Assembly (NCBI GenBank): GCA_030390025.1
Contig: CM059432.1
Span: 91,266,001 to 91,330,000 of the forward strand
Source: Squalus acanthias
Taxonomy: Eukaryota
Reading direction: 5' to 3'
DNA: 64,000 nt
A program made the translations under genes and the position numbers. Each line of letters opens with the position of its first letter. The stretch's first letter is position 1. The notes under the pieces are model-generated. The model was not told the origin of the DNA and searched no databases. It saw nothing but the letters and a program-made list of their open reading frames with translations. This document shows positions 62,433 to 64,000 of this stretch, piece by piece.

Positions 62433-64000
62433 GGCCAGAAAACCAAAAGAGCCTGGCTGGATATAGCTGAGGAGGTCAGCAGCAGGGATGTGGTGAGGAG
62501 GACCTGGATACGGTGCAGGAAACGATTCAATGATCTGATAAGATCAGGAAAGGTGAGTGCAATGCCACACCCACACTCACCTTCATCCTGATGTGCCTGT
62601 CAACACATCCCCATCACTCTGCCTTCCCAAGCCTACTCCTGCACATCATTCCTCAACACCAACATACCTTGCACGCCACCCATCCCTCTCTCTCTACGTA
62701 CATACTCACATCCCCACCTGACTAACCACCCCTCACACACACCCTCACCCTAATGCAATCATAGCAAGTAACACCACAGAAAGAGGCCATTTGGCATTGT
62801 CACCCCACTCCCTCATAGTCACCCTCTACATATGTAATCTATCCATTCCTTACACTCGTTCCATCACTCTCACTCAAACTTCTCTTCTTTCCCTCTTTGC
62901 AGGAGAAAACAGCCCAGAACACACGGGAGAGACAGAGAACTGGAGGTGGCCCTTCAGTCTTCACCCAACTAACAGCAGGAGAAGAGGGGGCTCTGGAGAT
63001 TTCGGGAGTTTGAGAGACACTGGCGGTGGGAGAGGAAAGAGGGGGACATCCCAGCAACCTGGTGACAGAATCACATCTCATACAACAGTCACTCACATGG
63101 TGATTGATGTTAGCAACCAGTGAAATGCCATCATGTACATAATGATAACATTACCCATTCTTATTATAACACTTCTAATTCATCTCTTTACTCTCCCACA
63201 GGTCCATCAACTGCTCCCCCCGCCGCCCCCTCCACTGTCCAGCCGGAGGAGAAAGACAACTCCTCAGAGGAACCTCCAGCCTCTGAGTGTGCAGCGTCAG
63301 CAGACCCAAGCGCACCCAGCACCAGCGCAGATACACACACTTCGGTGGGTCCTTTGCACCATAGAGGTGTCTCACAATTTCACAAGTGAGCAAGAGCAGG
63401 TGGCGTTGACAGGGACAGCAGTGGAGACTCCTCGCCGGAGGGCGCAGGACACTCCAAGCTCTGCTGAGCTGTATGCTGAGCCTCCGTGGCCATCCAGAAA
63501 GAGGGTGATCTTGGAGGGGGCAGCAACAATTGCATGAGGCTCTGACATCTTTTGCAGCTGTGATGTCTGCAAATGTTCAGAGAATGGAGGAGTCCATCTC
63601 CAACATGAGCATCACCATGTCGCAGGCGATGGCGATGATGTGCTGTTCCATGGAAAGGATGGCCACCTGCATGGAGCAGCAAATGCACCACTCACGAGAT
63701 GTCATTCTGTCACATGCTAGCTGTGGACAACAGATGGCAGGTGCTCATAGACCTCCTCTCAAGGAGGGATGTAACCGGAGACTTGGGCGTTCATTGCCCC
63801 ACTGCTGTGCAGCAAGTACGGGTGGTCCATGAGAGGGATGATAGTGAGAGGGGTCATGGAAGTGGGGGCTCTTCTCAAAGTGCTCCCCCATTGCCTCCCC
63901 CTCAGTCAGAGCCCCACATGCTTCCTCGAATCCTGATGGCTGAGTCTGCACAGTTGCAGGGGGAGCAGACTTTGGCGGGCCATCACAGGCTCCAAAACCC
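62433..64000 (+). pseudogene. Harbinger Myb/SANT-like gene remnant (three exons), antisense within a SERINC intron and running off the window
   Basis: KTKRAWLDIAEEVSSRDVVRRTWIRCRKRFNDLIRSGK|GTGAGT (exon ends 62552). Exon 2 is 62903-63061 (EKTAQNTRERQRTGGG). Exon 3 starts at 63202. Confidence 0.85.

Noticed and set aside
1..64000. CRISPR array or prokaryotic operon
   Set aside because: No regularly spaced repeat-spacer units. The sequence is intron-containing eukaryotic DNA.

Overview
Vertebrate genomic DNA, most likely from a cartilaginous fish. That inference rests on the repeat repertoire: CR1 and L2 LINEs, Deu-type tRNA SINEs and Penelope ends. The only host gene I can support with confidence is the 3' end of a SERINC-family gene on the minus strand (three spliced coding exons, 61913->55445). 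It is SERINC1/3-like but divergent. Most of the window is a dense, nested set of transposons, dominated by about 17 PIF/Harbinger-type elements. Three of these carry recognisable HARBI1-like DDE transposase genes together with a Myb/SANT-like partner gene; all are disrupted, and the best preserved is 46041-50203 (TTG TSD). The others are internally deleted elements and MITEs, and many carry a TGACGTCA plus TATA-like promoter cassette. Also present are a 1.28-kb solo LTR, two Penelope-type ends with hammerhead cores, and hAT-like MITEs. A tentative phase-consistent chain of seven plus-strand exon-like segments (17817-34470, three in-frame TGA) may be a decayed gene lying tail-to-tail with SERINC, possibly HSF-like. 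No CRISPR, rRNA or true tRNA genes were seen. All alignments and identity estimates were made by eye.
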